From: a virus
Lineage: Duplodnaviria; Caudoviricetes
DNA length: 61,782 nucleotides
IMG/VR virus record: IMGVR_UViG_3300044922_000479
Location: 1-61,782 of that record
Strand: one strand, 5' to 3'
Part shown: in pieces, positions 8,401 to 17,130 of the stretch
Position numbering within the stretch: the stretch's first letter is position 1
How the letters are laid out: each line of letters begins with the position of its first letter
The notes under the pieces: model-generated
Databases searched by the model: none
Seen by the model: the letters and a program-made list of their open reading frames with translations, nothing else
What the model was told of the DNA's origin: nothing
Translations under genes and position numbers: made by a program

Positions 8401-9289
8401 TGGATTGCTTAAGCCCAGAAAAGACAGTGTTGCTTTAATGGCTTCAAGTGATGACGTGCTAAAAACGCAATGGAAAGAAAACACTGACCCTATTGAAAAA
8501 GGGATTCAAGCTGGCTTAGATAGAATTAGATCAAAATTAAAAGATGACAACAGCAAGCTAGAAGAGGCCTTGCAGCCATATACAGGTTATGCGGGCAGGC
8601 ATCGTAATGTTACTGCTGGTGAAAATATGCCAGTTGGTTTTTCTCGGTTTACAGAACATGCTGTTGACATGAATGGCCAGCAGTTAAAGGGTCGTCACGT
8701 GCATGAATTGCAGTCAGACCTTTCTAGGGACATGAAGGACTTAGGTCCTAAAGGTGGTTCGTTAGAAAAAGATCAAGCAGAATTAGCAACGTTGAAAAGC
8801 AAGCTTGCAGAGGTTGATGAACTTGATCCTACCCAGAAGATAGAAAAAGCAAAGCTGGATAAACGAGTTGATGCATTGGAAAGACGAATTTCATTAACAG
8901 CACCGGGAAAATATTCTTTGGAGCAGCCTTTTGCTAATTTTGAAACGAATCCTACAGTGCGGATGCAGTTGTTGATCAAAAACGCAATTCAGTCCACAAT
9001 GCGTGCAGGCCAAGACTTTGTTACATTCCCCGGCAAAGAGTCAGATAAATCAAAACTGTACGAAAAACTTTTGCCAAACTTAAAACAAGCCGTCAAAGAT
9101 TTAGGCGGAGAAAAAGCCGGATTTGAGATTAAACCTATTACACTGCCAAATCCCGGTGGAACTGAACCAACTGTTTGGGGCGTGGTTTGGTCACCTGAGA
9201 CTGCAACCAAGACCTTGGAGAAGGGCATTCCATTCAAAAAGGGTGGAATGGTTGAGCGCAAAAACGACGATAACCGCAGATATCTGTAA
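5453..9289 (+). CDS. Large multidomain virion/ejection protein with N-terminal lytic transglycosylase (SLT) domain
   Basis: AESRG, SPKGALGEMQVMP, ALVAYNWGPG, ETRTYV are SLT motifs. The C-terminal HELQSD-containing region resembles large polyvalent phage proteins. Confidence 0.85.
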   Translation: MAAQSNAPQTFEEIVAAVKQAESRGKRYKDDGKTLTTSPKGALGEMQVMPKTITDPGFGVTPAKSSSPDEIARVGRDYLQAMLSKYGDTEKALVAYNWGPGATDKWLASGAKPEALPAETRTYVQRVKGLLGKDVPRETMAKKEREPLPPSLPPMAQAEPKAATVAMARSTASGKNLPDIKSLPPSYQAAFALAALADAQDEEDDRVFNENKQTETETFFASYKPVNKLASLDLSVEPVMMADGGEVTERKDEPFFDAASRTFVDVMTGRRTPITEKDFTAKEQMAMMDAVRRSQARGGKGRVDYEDYPSGKDIGPGYVDIRNTLGGFQYKQSPDGATIISDRYDFHGPRVAEYEKMGSGEKVLKSAKNALTEFVTKGFSPRDLAGELGRAYVGSKGPEVNIRIPVNRAEGSPEEGERLTPQQIERIAERDAAEREAASNAAFIAQKSGIGRKAGNISNALNTGTAYPAIVAGINDVPYDLAGLPVDLTTMAMRPFGYSNQKPMLGSEYLKEKATEAGIRKPMTEDPTLKGFHYLGEFGAGMMAPGKIIEGAQALKVAAKDALAGFKAGRAEKPGMTDLMTGQRVEAPTRTAAQEEAEQRAINAVFDNIEGVNQQQIAADVAAGRLPQSLAPRPALLQAEQNIARLPANAQEQLRLFEETARARPFAIRRQGPAPEIVQPPPTTVAITQPATQLPPPPPFVAPPVSAEFPFVGRLDEFAAGMKGPAQKEQLINQVKGKFREQDVARLEEALAGLGPKDKVTPALLQQALANTYSPSRYRAAEIPTTGSMYDASDNVFYPDKKITGSMNLYLKETPEMLASMEEVAGLKKGISDVLYGTANPEKIKNLNAVIENSPLAATIPELGVMKQRFENALPAITKFSKMQDEVSDIRNLLLFPISYRKEGFDYFGELDRRVALATEGMPSGFARQIAQNNLRITEEPKLVQELMQKGSDKLVALGGDPIDVTAFMQRNGLLDAPVMQENGLLKPRKDSVALMASSDDVLKTQWKENTDPIEKGIQAGLDRIRSKLKDDNSKLEEALQPYTGYAGRHRNVTAGENMPVGFSRFTEHAVDMNGQQLKGRHVHELQSDLSRDMKDLGPKGGSLEKDQAELATLKSKLAEVDELDPTQKIEKAKLDKRVDALERRISLTAPGKYSLEQPFANFETNPTVRMQLLIKNAIQSTMRAGQDFVTFPGKESDKSKLYEKLLPNLKQAVKDLGGEKAGFEIKPITLPNPGGTEPTVWGVVWSPETATKTLEKGIPFKKGGMVERKNDDNRRYL

Positions 9290-9298
9290 GGACACAAC

Positions 9299-11683
9299 AT
9301 GCCAATTGAAAAGAACATGACAATCGACGACTTGCCCGGTGGCGATGTCGCCATTGAGATGGAAGACGAGCTACCTTCGGATATTGACATTGAGTTTGAC
9401 GCAGAAACCGGTGCGGTGGTCGTGAATATTGGCGCAGAAGACGACGATGTTGCCTATGACAGCAACTTAGCCGAGGTCATTGAGCCTGATGTCTTGCAGC
9501 TTATCTCTTCTGACTTGATGTCGCTGTTTGATGCTGACAAATCTTCACGCAAGGAGTGGGAAGAGCAGTACAGCAAGGGCATGAAGATGCTGGGCTTTAC
9601 GTTTGAAGAGCGTACCAAGCCGTTCAAGGGCGCGTGCGGCGTGCAGCATCCTCTGTTGACAGAGAGTATTGTTCAGTTCCAAGCCCAAGCGCTCAAGGAA
9701 TTGATGCCCGCGGGCGGCCCCGTGCGCACGCAAGTGCTGGGCAAAGAGACACGTGAGAAGTTGATGCAAGCGGACCGCGTGCGTGACTTCATGAACTACC
9801 AAATCACAACAGTGATGGAAGAGTACACCCCTGATTTTGACCAGTTGCTGTTCTATGTTGGCTTTGGTGGCTCGGCATTCAAGAAAGTTTATTACGACGA
9901 GACCAAGGGCCGCATGGTAAGCGCTTTGGTGCTGCCAGATAATCTGTATATACCGTATACAGGCTCATCGGTAATGAGCGAATGCCAGCGGATCACGCAC
10001 CGCGTTCCGATGTCCACCAACGATTACCGCAAAGCAGTAATCCGTGGTCAGTACTTGGATACAGCGCAGATGACGACTGCTGCAGAGACGGGCCAGAGCA
10101 TTATCAAGAAGGAAACAGACCGCACTACAGGTGTTGATCCTACTGGTGTGGAAGAAGAAATCTGTTTGCTGGAGTTCTTGGTTGATCTGGATATCCGCGG
10201 CTTTGAGCACAAGGATGAGGACGGCGAAGAGACAGGCATTAAGCTGCCTTACATCGTCACGATTGACGAGATCTCTCAGTCTGTTGTGGGTGTGCGCCGT
10301 AATTGGAAAGAGGGCGATCCTCTGTTTGCACGCAAGCAGTACTACGTGCATTACTTGCTTGTGCAGGGCCCCGGAGCGTATGGCTTGGGCTTTTTGCACT
10401 TGGTTGGTGGTCTTACAAAGACTGCTACTTCTGCACTGCAGCAATTGGTTGACGCTGGAACGCTGGCTAACTTGCCTGCAGGCTTTAAAGCCAAGGGCGC
10501 GCGCATTGCAAACGACGATACACCTTTGTCGCCCGGCGAGTTCCGCGACATGGACGCTGGTGGTGCAGAGTTGTCTGCATCCTTGTTGCCATTGCCATAC
10601 AAAGAGCCAAGCCAGACCTTGTTTGCGCTGCTTGGTTTCTGCGTAGATGCTGGTCGCCGTTTGGCAAGCATCACCGACATGCAAGTTGGTGACAGCAACC
10701 AGAATGCTGCTGTTGGAACGACGATTGCATTGCTTGAAAAAGGCAGTGCGGTCATGTCTGCAATTCACAAGCGTTTGCACTACAGCCAGCGCATGGAATT
10801 TCAATTGCTGGCCAAGGGTTTTGCAGACTATTTGCCTGCTGAGTACCCATACGATGTGCCCGGCGAGAGTCGCAGAATCAAGGCACGTGACTTTGATGAC
10901 CGCATCGATGTCTTGCCTGTTTCTGATCCCAACATCTTCTCTGTTGCCCAGCGTATCACGATGGCGCAGACGCAGTTGCAACTGGCTCAAAGCGCACCGC
11001 AGATGCACAACATGTATGAGGCCTATCGCCGCATGTATGAAGCCATTGGTGTGCGTGATATCGACACCATCTTGAACACACAGCAGGTAGATAAGCCAAA
11101 GGATCCTGCAAGCGAGAACGCACAGGCGCTCGATGGCTCACCACTCAAAGCTTTTGCCGGCCAGCAGCACGATGCACACATTCTGACCCATATCTTATTT
11201 GGTATGAGCCCGATGATGCAGGGTATGCCTAACGTGGCGGTTACTTTGCAGAAGCACATCTTTGATCACATCCGCTTGAAGGCGGAAGAAGAAGTGGAAG
11301 CAGAATTGTTCCAGCAGTACGGCACAGACCCTGACCAACTTATCTCATCTTTGCAGCGTGAGGCGATGATTGCAATCAAAGTTGCGCAAGGTTTCCAAGA
11401 GGTCAAGGCTTTGCAGAACCAATTGATGGGCCCACAGACCGATCCACTGGTTGAATTGAAGAAACAAGAGCTTGGACAGAGCGCTCAGCGCGATCAGGCT
11501 AAGCTGCAGATAGACCAACAGCGCCTTGGCCTTGATCAACAGAAGGAACAAGCTGACGTTCAGTTTGATACTGCACGTTTAGCACTGCAACAACAGGCTG
11601 CTGCACAGAAGAATTCTCAAGATGCAATCCGAAATGCCCAACAAGGAGCAAAAAATGCAAACCAAAGCAGCAAAAAAGGCTAA
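9299..11683 (+). CDS. Portal protein
   Basis: 794 aa, HPLLTESIVQFQA, GSAFKKVYYD, Gln-rich C-terminal coiled coil; position near terL and before the head genes. Confidence 0.9.
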   Translation: MPIEKNMTIDDLPGGDVAIEMEDELPSDIDIEFDAETGAVVVNIGAEDDDVAYDSNLAEVIEPDVLQLISSDLMSLFDADKSSRKEWEEQYSKGMKMLGFTFEERTKPFKGACGVQHPLLTESIVQFQAQALKELMPAGGPVRTQVLGKETREKLMQADRVRDFMNYQITTVMEEYTPDFDQLLFYVGFGGSAFKKVYYDETKGRMVSALVLPDNLYIPYTGSSVMSECQRITHRVPMSTNDYRKAVIRGQYLDTAQMTTAAETGQSIIKKETDRTTGVDPTGVEEEICLLEFLVDLDIRGFEHKDEDGEETGIKLPYIVTIDEISQSVVGVRRNWKEGDPLFARKQYYVHYLLVQGPGAYGLGFLHLVGGLTKTATSALQQLVDAGTLANLPAGFKAKGARIANDDTPLSPGEFRDMDAGGAELSASLLPLPYKEPSQTLFALLGFCVDAGRRLASITDMQVGDSNQNAAVGTTIALLEKGSAVMSAIHKRLHYSQRMEFQLLAKGFADYLPAEYPYDVPGESRRIKARDFDDRIDVLPVSDPNIFSVAQRITMAQTQLQLAQSAPQMHNMYEAYRRMYEAIGVRDIDTILNTQQVDKPKDPASENAQALDGSPLKAFAGQQHDAHILTHILFGMSPMMQGMPNVAVTLQKHIFDHIRLKAEEEVEAELFQQYGTDPDQLISSLQREAMIAIKVAQGFQEVKALQNQLMGPQTDPLVELKKQELGQSAQRDQAKLQIDQQRLGLDQQKEQADVQFDTARLALQQQAAAQKNSQDAIRNAQQGAKNANQSSKKG

Positions 11684-11798
11684 AAAAGCGCCCAAGGAGA
11701 TGTCCGGAGCGCCAAAAAGTGTAAAAACACCACAAAATGACCCACGCGTAACGTATGTTTACCGAAAAGATGCATTCAAAAAGGTAAAATTAGCGTAA
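11655..11798 (+). CDS. Small Lys-rich protein (47 aa, not in the ORF track)
   Basis: AAGGAG RBS at 11643, ATG 11655, MQTKAAKKAKKAPKEMSG...KKVKLA*. Confidence 0.6.
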   Translation: MQTKAAKKAKKAPKEMSGAPKSVKTPQNDPRVTYVYRKDAFKKVKLA

Positions 11799-11864
11799 AA
11801 GTGTGCATAATGGGCACGTAACCTTCGGACAGGGGTCTATCTGTCTGCTTCATTGGAGTTATCC

Positions 11865-12050
11865 ATGCTTGAATTTGCAGAGAAAGTTATATTTGCCATT
11901 CGCAGGCTTGAAAACGAAACTAAAGACTTCGTTAGCAGCGGCAATGTCAAATCGATGGAGCAGTACAAACATTTGATGGGCCGGTTAGAGGGTTATGCGT
12001 TTGTTCAGGAAGCCATACAGGATGTCTTGAACAAGAACTCTGATCTATAA
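11865..12050 (+). CDS. Small helical hypothetical protein
   Basis: GGAG RBS before ATG 11865; MEQYKHLMGRLEG motif, typical of the small gene preceding phage GroES. Confidence 0.75.
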   Translation: MLEFAEKVIFAIRRLENETKDFVSSGNVKSMEQYKHLMGRLEGYAFVQEAIQDVLNKNSDL

Positions 12051-12062
12051 AGGACCAAACAG

Positions 12063-12521
12063 ATGGAAATGACTGCATTAGAGAAGCGATGGGCTGAGGA
12101 AGCGGTTGAAAAAGCCGCCTTTGAAGCCGCTCTTGCTGAGGCTGCCAAGATTGAAGAGGCAGAAGAAGAGCAACGCATCGAAAACATCAGGGAACACCTT
12201 CCACAGCCCACAGGTTGGCGGATTGTTGTTTTGCCCTACAGAGGCGCTAAGAAAACCAAGGGCGGCATTGAATTAGCCGAAGAAACCTTGGAACGACAGC
12301 AACTCACTACCACTTGCGCATACGTTTTGGCCGTTGGCCCACTCGCTTACAAAGACACCGACAAGTTTCCGGACGGTCCTTGGTGTAAAGAAGGCGATTG
12401 GATCATTTTTGGTCGGTACGCTGGCGCACGTATGGGCATTGATGGCGGAGAGATCCGTATTCTCAATGATGACGAAATTCTGGCCCGCGTTAAGGACCCA
12501 GAAGACATTCTGCACATGTAA
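12063..12521 (+). CDS. groES: Co-chaperonin GroES-like protein
   Basis: PTGWRIVV, KTKGGIEL mobile loop, VLAVGP, KEGDWIIFGRYAG, ILNDDEILA; acidic N-terminal extension. Confidence 0.93.
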   Translation: MEMTALEKRWAEEAVEKAAFEAALAEAAKIEEAEEEQRIENIREHLPQPTGWRIVVLPYRGAKKTKGGIELAEETLERQQLTTTCAYVLAVGPLAYKDTDKFPDGPWCKEGDWIIFGRYAGARMGIDGGEIRILNDDEILARVKDPEDILHM

Positions 12522-12529
12522 GGAAGCAT

Positions 12530-13447
12530 ATGACACAAGTAATGAACGATTCGCAGCTTGAGTTTGACCTTGGGGCAGATGAAAAGGCTACAGATGTAAC
12601 CTTTGACAGACCTGAGGGCGACGAGAGTCCTGCGGCACCTGAACCAGAAGCTAATATTTTCCAAAAGCCTGAACAAGATTCTGCTCCTAAAAATGAATTG
12701 GATGAGGTTAGTGAAGGTGTTCAAAAACGCATCTCTAAACTCACCGCGCGCATGCGCGAGGCCGAGCGCCGTGAGCAGGCAGCCCTTGAGTACGCTAAAG
12801 GACTGCAGAACCAAACGCAGAACCTCCAGCAAAAGCTTGTACAGACGGATTACAGCCGCTTAAACGAAGCTAAAACACGTTTGGAGACCCAACAGGTACA
12901 GTTGCGCCAAATTATTGCCAAAGCGCGTGAAGAGAACGACATTAACACTGAGTTGGAAGCGCAAGAGCGCTTGTCTGCCTTGGTGGGTGAGCAGCGTCAA
13001 GTAGCAGGTTGGTTGCAGTCGCAGCAAGAAGCGGTTGAACAACATCGCAATGCACCAGTACAGCAAGCACCTGCTGCGCAACCTCAACGTCCTGTCCCTA
13101 GCCCTCGTGCAGAGGAGTGGGCAGAGCAAAACTCGTGGTTTGGACAAGACCGCGTGATGACTTATGCTGCGTGGGGCATACACCAAACACTTGTTGAACA
13201 AGAAGGTGTTGACCCAAGTTCAGATGAGTACTATACTGAACTTGACAAACGAGTTAGGAATACTTTTCCAGACAAGTTTAAAGACCAATCCAGACAACAG
13301 CGTTCCGCGCCTGCTGTTGCCCCTGCCGCCCGTAGTTCGGGAATAAATAGTGCGCGCCGTACTGTCCGGCTTTCGCCGAGTCAGGTTGCTATAGCAAAAA
13401 AACTGGGCGTTCCTCTTGAAGAGTATGCCAAGTATGTTAAGGAGTGA
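12530..13447 (+). CDS. Capsid scaffolding protein (putative)
   Basis: Acidic N-terminus, long coiled coil, C-terminal LSPSQVAIAKKLGVPLEEYAK motif; upstream of the capsid genes. Confidence 0.8.
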   Translation: MTQVMNDSQLEFDLGADEKATDVTFDRPEGDESPAAPEPEANIFQKPEQDSAPKNELDEVSEGVQKRISKLTARMREAERREQAALEYAKGLQNQTQNLQQKLVQTDYSRLNEAKTRLETQQVQLRQIIAKAREENDINTELEAQERLSALVGEQRQVAGWLQSQQEAVEQHRNAPVQQAPAAQPQRPVPSPRAEEWAEQNSWFGQDRVMTYAAWGIHQTLVEQEGVDPSSDEYYTELDKRVRNTFPDKFKDQSRQQRSAPAVAPAARSSGINSARRTVRLSPSQVAIAKKLGVPLEEYAKYVKE

Positions 13448-13451
13448 AACA

Positions 13452-13916
13452 ATGACTAAAGTTACTATCGACAAAGCCCCCCGCGCAACCCGCGATACGG
13501 AAAAGCGTCGCCGTCCTTGGACCCCTCCTTCACGTCTTGACGCGCCTCCTGCCCCCGAAGGGTTTAAGCATCGTTGGATCCGTGCCGAAGTGAATGGCCA
13601 TCTGGATAAACAAAACGTCTACGGACGTCTTCGTGAGGGCTATGAACTAGTCCGCCTTGAAGAGTTGCCAGAAGAATATCAAGGCATGATGCCTACCGTT
13701 GATGACGGTAAGCATGCTGGAGTTGTTTCTGTAGGTGGACTTTTGCTTGCAAGAGTTCCCGATGAGACGATTGCAGAGCGCAACGAGTATTACCGCCGTA
13801 AGGCTCAGGAACAGTTACACGCTGTTGACAACGAGATGATGCGAGAAAACGCTCACTCTACAATGCGAATTCAGGCTCCCGAGAGGAGCTCGCGCACAAC
13901 ATTCCGTCAACAATAA
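13452..13916 (+). CDS. Conserved head-module hypothetical protein
   Basis: AAGGAG RBS before ATG 13452; PWTPPSRLDAPPAPEGFKHRWIR; between scaffold and capsid genes. Confidence 0.8.
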   Translation: MTKVTIDKAPRATRDTEKRRRPWTPPSRLDAPPAPEGFKHRWIRAEVNGHLDKQNVYGRLREGYELVRLEELPEEYQGMMPTVDDGKHAGVVSVGGLLLARVPDETIAERNEYYRRKAQEQLHAVDNEMMRENAHSTMRIQAPERSSRTTFRQQ

Positions 13917-13950
13917 AACGTTGATTCTTTAATTTTTGTAGGAGCTACAA

Positions 13951-14532
13951 ATGGCAAACGTAAATAAGCCTTTTGGCCTGCGTCCCATTGGTAACCTATC
14001 TGCTACTGGAGCCCAGAAGCAGTATGGCTATCAAATTGCGGATAACCAAGCCGGAGCAATTTTCCAAGGCGATTTAGTTGTCGTATACGACGGCTACATC
14101 ATTAAGTATGACGCATCCACGCACACCGCCCCCACAGGCGTGTTCAACGGTTGCCAATACTATGACCCAACCCGTGCGGGCAAGCCCACATGGAAAAACT
14201 TCTACCCCGGTAGTGTTGATATCACTTCAGGCATCATTGCTTGCGAAGTGTTAGATGATCCTAACCAACTGTTCTTGATCCAAGCTGCGGGCACTATTGC
14301 TCAAGCTGATATCGGTAAGAATGCTGATCCTACTGCTTCCACAACTGGTAGCACTGTGACTGGTATTTCTAACGGTACATTGGGAACACCCGCGAAGACT
14401 GCTGCATTGACTATGAAAATTGTTGGTTTGAGCGATCAGCCTGACAATGAATTGGGTCAATACGCTGTGGTTGTTGTTAAACTTAATCAACACCAGTACG
14501 GTAGTACAGGCGTTGCTGCTGACGGAGCATAA
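13951..14532 (+). CDS. Capsid decoration/cement-like protein (putative)
   Basis: MANVNKPFGLRP, IFQGDLV; beta-rich, directly upstream of the major capsid gene. Confidence 0.65.
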   Translation: MANVNKPFGLRPIGNLSATGAQKQYGYQIADNQAGAIFQGDLVVVYDGYIIKYDASTHTAPTGVFNGCQYYDPTRAGKPTWKNFYPGSVDITSGIIACEVLDDPNQLFLIQAAGTIAQADIGKNADPTASTTGSTVTGISNGTLGTPAKTAALTMKIVGLSDQPDNELGQYAVVVVKLNQHQYGSTGVAADGA

Positions 14533-14534
14533 TC

Positions 14535-15446
14535 ATGGCTATTACACGTTCCCAACTAGTAAAAGAACTTGAGCCCGGCTTGAACGCATTGTTCGGCTTA
14601 GAGTACAAGCGTTACGAAAACGAGCACGAGCAGATCTTCTCTATCGAGACTTCTGACCGTGCATTTGAAGAAGAGGTCATGTTGACTGGCTTCGGTTCTG
14701 CTCCAGTGAAAACTGAGGGTGCCGGCGTTCAGTACGACACAGCACTGGAATCCTTCACAGCCCGCTACACACACGAAACCGTTGCTATGGCTTTCGCGTT
14801 GACAGAGGAAGCTGTGGAAGATAACTTGTATGACCGCTTGTCAGGTCGTTATACCAAGGCTATGGCTCGTTCAATGAGCTTCACAAAGCAAGTAAAAGCT
14901 GCTTCTGTGTTGAACAACGGTTTCACTGGCGGCAACTATGCCGGCGGCGACGGCGTTGCATTGTTCGCAACCAACCACCCAACTGCTTTGTCTTCCAACT
15001 ATGCAAACACTCCCGCAGTGCCTGCAGACTTGAACGAGACATCGTTGGAGCAAGCCTTGATTGACATCGCAGCGTTTATCGACGAGCGTGGCTTGAAGGT
15101 CGCTTTGACTGGCCGCAAGATGATTGTTCCTAAGGAACTGCAGTTCACTGCAGAGCGCCTGATGAAGAGCACTTTGCGTACTGGCACTGCTGACAATGAT
15201 GTCAACGCCATCAAGTCTATGGGCATGCTCCCAGAAGGCTACTCTGTCAACCACTATCTGACAGACGTCAACGCTTGGTTCATCATCACTGATGCACCTA
15301 ACGGCTTGAAAATGTTCGAGCGCTCACCTATCAAGACAGCCTTTGAAGGCGACTTTGACACAGGTAACGTTCGTTACAAGGCTCGTGAGCGTTACAGCTT
15401 CGGCTGGTCTGACCCACGTGGCGCTTACGGTTCGCCCGGCGCATAA
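14535..15446 (+). CDS. Major capsid protein (Mu gpT-like, HK97 fold)
   Basis: LEPGLNALFG, SDRAFEEE, GDGVALFATNHP, IVPKEL, YLTD..AWF, ARERYSFGWSDPRG; strongly biased codon usage; terminator downstream. Confidence 0.93.
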   Translation: MAITRSQLVKELEPGLNALFGLEYKRYENEHEQIFSIETSDRAFEEEVMLTGFGSAPVKTEGAGVQYDTALESFTARYTHETVAMAFALTEEAVEDNLYDRLSGRYTKAMARSMSFTKQVKAASVLNNGFTGGNYAGGDGVALFATNHPTALSSNYANTPAVPADLNETSLEQALIDIAAFIDERGLKVALTGRKMIVPKELQFTAERLMKSTLRTGTADNDVNAIKSMGMLPEGYSVNHYLTDVNAWFIITDAPNGLKMFERSPIKTAFEGDFDTGNVRYKARERYSFGWSDPRGAYGSPGA

Positions 15447-15494
15447 TATTTCTTCGGAAATATGTGAAGGGGGCCTTGTGCCCCCTTTTCTTTT
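15446..15494 (+). terminator. cUUCGg hairpin plus rho-independent terminator after the capsid gene
   Basis: ATATTTC-TTCG-GAAATAT, then AAGGGGGC-CTTGT-GCCCCCTT followed by TTCTTTT. Confidence 0.85.
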
Positions 15495-15504
15495 GTTGTA
15501 TATT
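15476..15504 (+). promoter_or_regulatory. Sigma70-like promoter overlapping the terminator
   Basis: TTGTGC 15476-15481, 17-bp spacer, TATATT 15499-15504. Confidence 0.5.
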
Positions 15505-15510
15505 GCATTT

Positions 15511-15590
15511 ACTCCGGGTCTATCCGGTGCATCAAACAGTCCCGGCTGACGACATACAGATTGATGCGCCTAACTTGTATGTAAGGAAAA
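15511..15590 (+). ncRNA. Structured pseudoknotted RNA, candidate Mu-gpT-DE-like motif
   Basis: Three interleaved helices: CCGGG/CCCGG, GGTGCATCAA/TTGATGCGCC, ACATACA/TGTATGT. Directly downstream of a Mu gpT-like gene and abutting the next RBS. Confidence 0.65.
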
Positions 15591-15593
15591 ATC

Positions 15594-16097
15594 ATGGCAT
15601 CTACCACGTTTAATGGACCAGTTCGTTCCGAGAATGGCTTCCAGTCCATCACAAAAAGCGCTACCACTGGCGCAGTCACTGTCAACGCTACGTTTGGCGC
15701 TGCTACTAGCATAACAAGCTTGGTTTACAGAAATGAAAACCATCCTACAACTGCTGCGATTAACGCTACGGCTGTAGCTACTGCAGCAGAAGTTGCAACT
15801 GGCTACATCACTTCTACGTCAGCCGCCTCTACAACCATCACGTTGCCTACAGGCACATTGTTGGGTGCGGCAATTGGTGCTACTCGCGGTACCGTGTTGG
15901 AGTTGTATGTTGACAACACCGCTGGCGCAAGCACAGTCACTATGGCTGTTGCAACCAACGGTATTTTGTCTAGCGCTGCTGCTGATACAGCAGGCAGCTT
16001 TGGTGACTTGACAATTGCATCAGGTGCAACTGGCCTTGCCCGTTTCACTATCATGTTCTCCAGCGCAACGGCCTACGTGTTCACCCGTACTGCTTAA
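15594..16097 (+). CDS. Ala/Thr-rich virion protein (head fibre/decoration-like)
   Basis: MASTTFNGPVRSENGF N-terminus, TITLPT motif; follows the capsid gene. Confidence 0.7.
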   Translation: MASTTFNGPVRSENGFQSITKSATTGAVTVNATFGAATSITSLVYRNENHPTTAAINATAVATAAEVATGYITSTSAASTTITLPTGTLLGAAIGATRGTVLELYVDNTAGASTVTMAVATNGILSSAAADTAGSFGDLTIASGATGLARFTIMFSSATAYVFTRTA

Positions 16098-16105
16098 TTG
16101 ATCTA

Positions 16106-16125
16106 GGGGGCCAAGGCCCCCGTTT
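16106..16125 (+). terminator. GC hairpin, possible weak terminator
   Basis: GGGGGCC-AA-GGCCCCC followed by GTTT. Confidence 0.5.
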
Positions 16126-16140
16126 ACAAGGAGATTAATT

Positions 16141-16434
16141 ATGGGTTTTCAATATGACGTAAAAGCGAAGACGATGGCTACTACTGCTGCCACCGGCATT
16201 GGTCAGCCTCGCGCGCGTATCAAAGCAGTCTACTTTGTTGCGGGGACCGCGGGCTACATTTCTTTTACAGATGGTGGCTCGGGCGGTGTAGAACGACTCC
16301 GTATTGCTGCTCCGGCCAGCACGGCAGGAAACGGCTCTACCTCTGTTTTAATTCCCGGAGACGGAATTGTCTTTTTAGATGATCCCTATTTAACAATCAG
16401 TGGCCCTACCTCGGTCACATTCTTCTACGGATAA
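16141..16434 (+). CDS. Small beta-rich virion protein
   Basis: AAGGAG RBS; RARIKAV...IPGDGIVF...VTFFYG. Confidence 0.75.
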   Translation: MGFQYDVKAKTMATTAATGIGQPRARIKAVYFVAGTAGYISFTDGGSGGVERLRIAAPASTAGNGSTSVLIPGDGIVFLDDPYLTISGPTSVTFFYG

Positions 16435-16444
16435 GGAGTCCAAA

Positions 16445-16627
16445 ATGGGACGAGCAGCAAAAATGGCAGATGATCAGTACCAAGGCGAAGTTCAGCCCGG
16501 TGCACAGAAACAAGACATGGCTAAAGGTGGCGCTAAGCAGACCCCTCGCAAAACAGTGGCTCCTTCTGGCTCCACTACCCCGCGTGGTGTAGGGTTGGCC
16601 CGTAACAAGCCCTGCAAAATGTATTGA
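16445..16627 (+). CDS. Small basic protein with MAKGG and RGVGxA motifs
   Basis: AAGGAG RBS before ATG 16445; 60 aa. Confidence 0.7.
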   Translation: MGRAAKMADDQYQGEVQPGAQKQDMAKGGAKQTPRKTVAPSGSTTPRGVGLARNKPCKMY

Positions 16628-16628
16628 A

Positions 16629-16883
16629 ATGGCTAAGTCTCCTGCTTGGCAGCGGAAAGAGGGCAAAAGTGCCAGTGGCGGATTAAACGCCAAGGGCCGT
16701 GCTTCTTACAACAAGGCCAATCCGGGTAAACCCGGATTAAAGGCTCCGCAGCCAGAGGGAGGTCCTCGCAAAGATTCATTCTGTGCCCGTATGGAAGGCA
16801 TGCGAAAGAAGAATACAAGCGAGAAGACAGCCAAGGATCCAAATAGCAGGATTAATAAGAGCTTACGGAAGTGGAAGTGCTAA
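16629..16883 (+). CDS. Small basic conserved phage protein (DUF6321-like)
   Basis: AWQRKEGK..SGGLNAKGRASY, SFCARM, DPNSRINKSLRKWKC. Confidence 0.8.
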   Translation: MAKSPAWQRKEGKSASGGLNAKGRASYNKANPGKPGLKAPQPEGGPRKDSFCARMEGMRKKNTSEKTAKDPNSRINKSLRKWKC

Positions 16884-17126
16884 ATGGAAGGCGTTGTTTG
16901 GAACATGATCCTGACGGCAGGCGTAGGATTTGTAGGATGGGTTCTGCGCGATAAAGCAGCAGAAATAAACCGTCTACAGATCTTGATTAATCGCACCCGC
17001 GAAGAAATTGCCAAGGAATATGTGACCAAAGCCGAAGTGCATGCAGACATCAACCGTGTTTTGGATAGACTAGACCGGTTGGATGAGAAGTTAGATCGTT
17101 TAATGGCAACAACTTTAAAAGGATAG
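16884..17126 (+). CDS. Small membrane-anchored coiled-coil protein
   Basis: N-terminal hydrophobic helix followed by a heptad pattern (LDRLDRLDEKLDRL). Confidence 0.75.
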   Translation: MEGVVWNMILTAGVGFVGWVLRDKAAEINRLQILINRTREEIAKEYVTKAEVHADINRVLDRLDRLDEKLDRLMATTLKG

Positions 17127-17130
17127 CAAG

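Noticed and set aside
9965-11008. Long antisense ORFs (e.g. 347 aa opposite the portal, 204 aa opposite terL)
   Set aside because: Shadow frames of codon-biased genes with no motifs or RBS.
15546-15590. Hammerhead ribozyme (CTGACGA core)
   Set aside because: The stem after CUGACGA is followed by UAAGG rather than GAAA and no stem III/cleavage triplet is evident. Kept only as a structured RNA.
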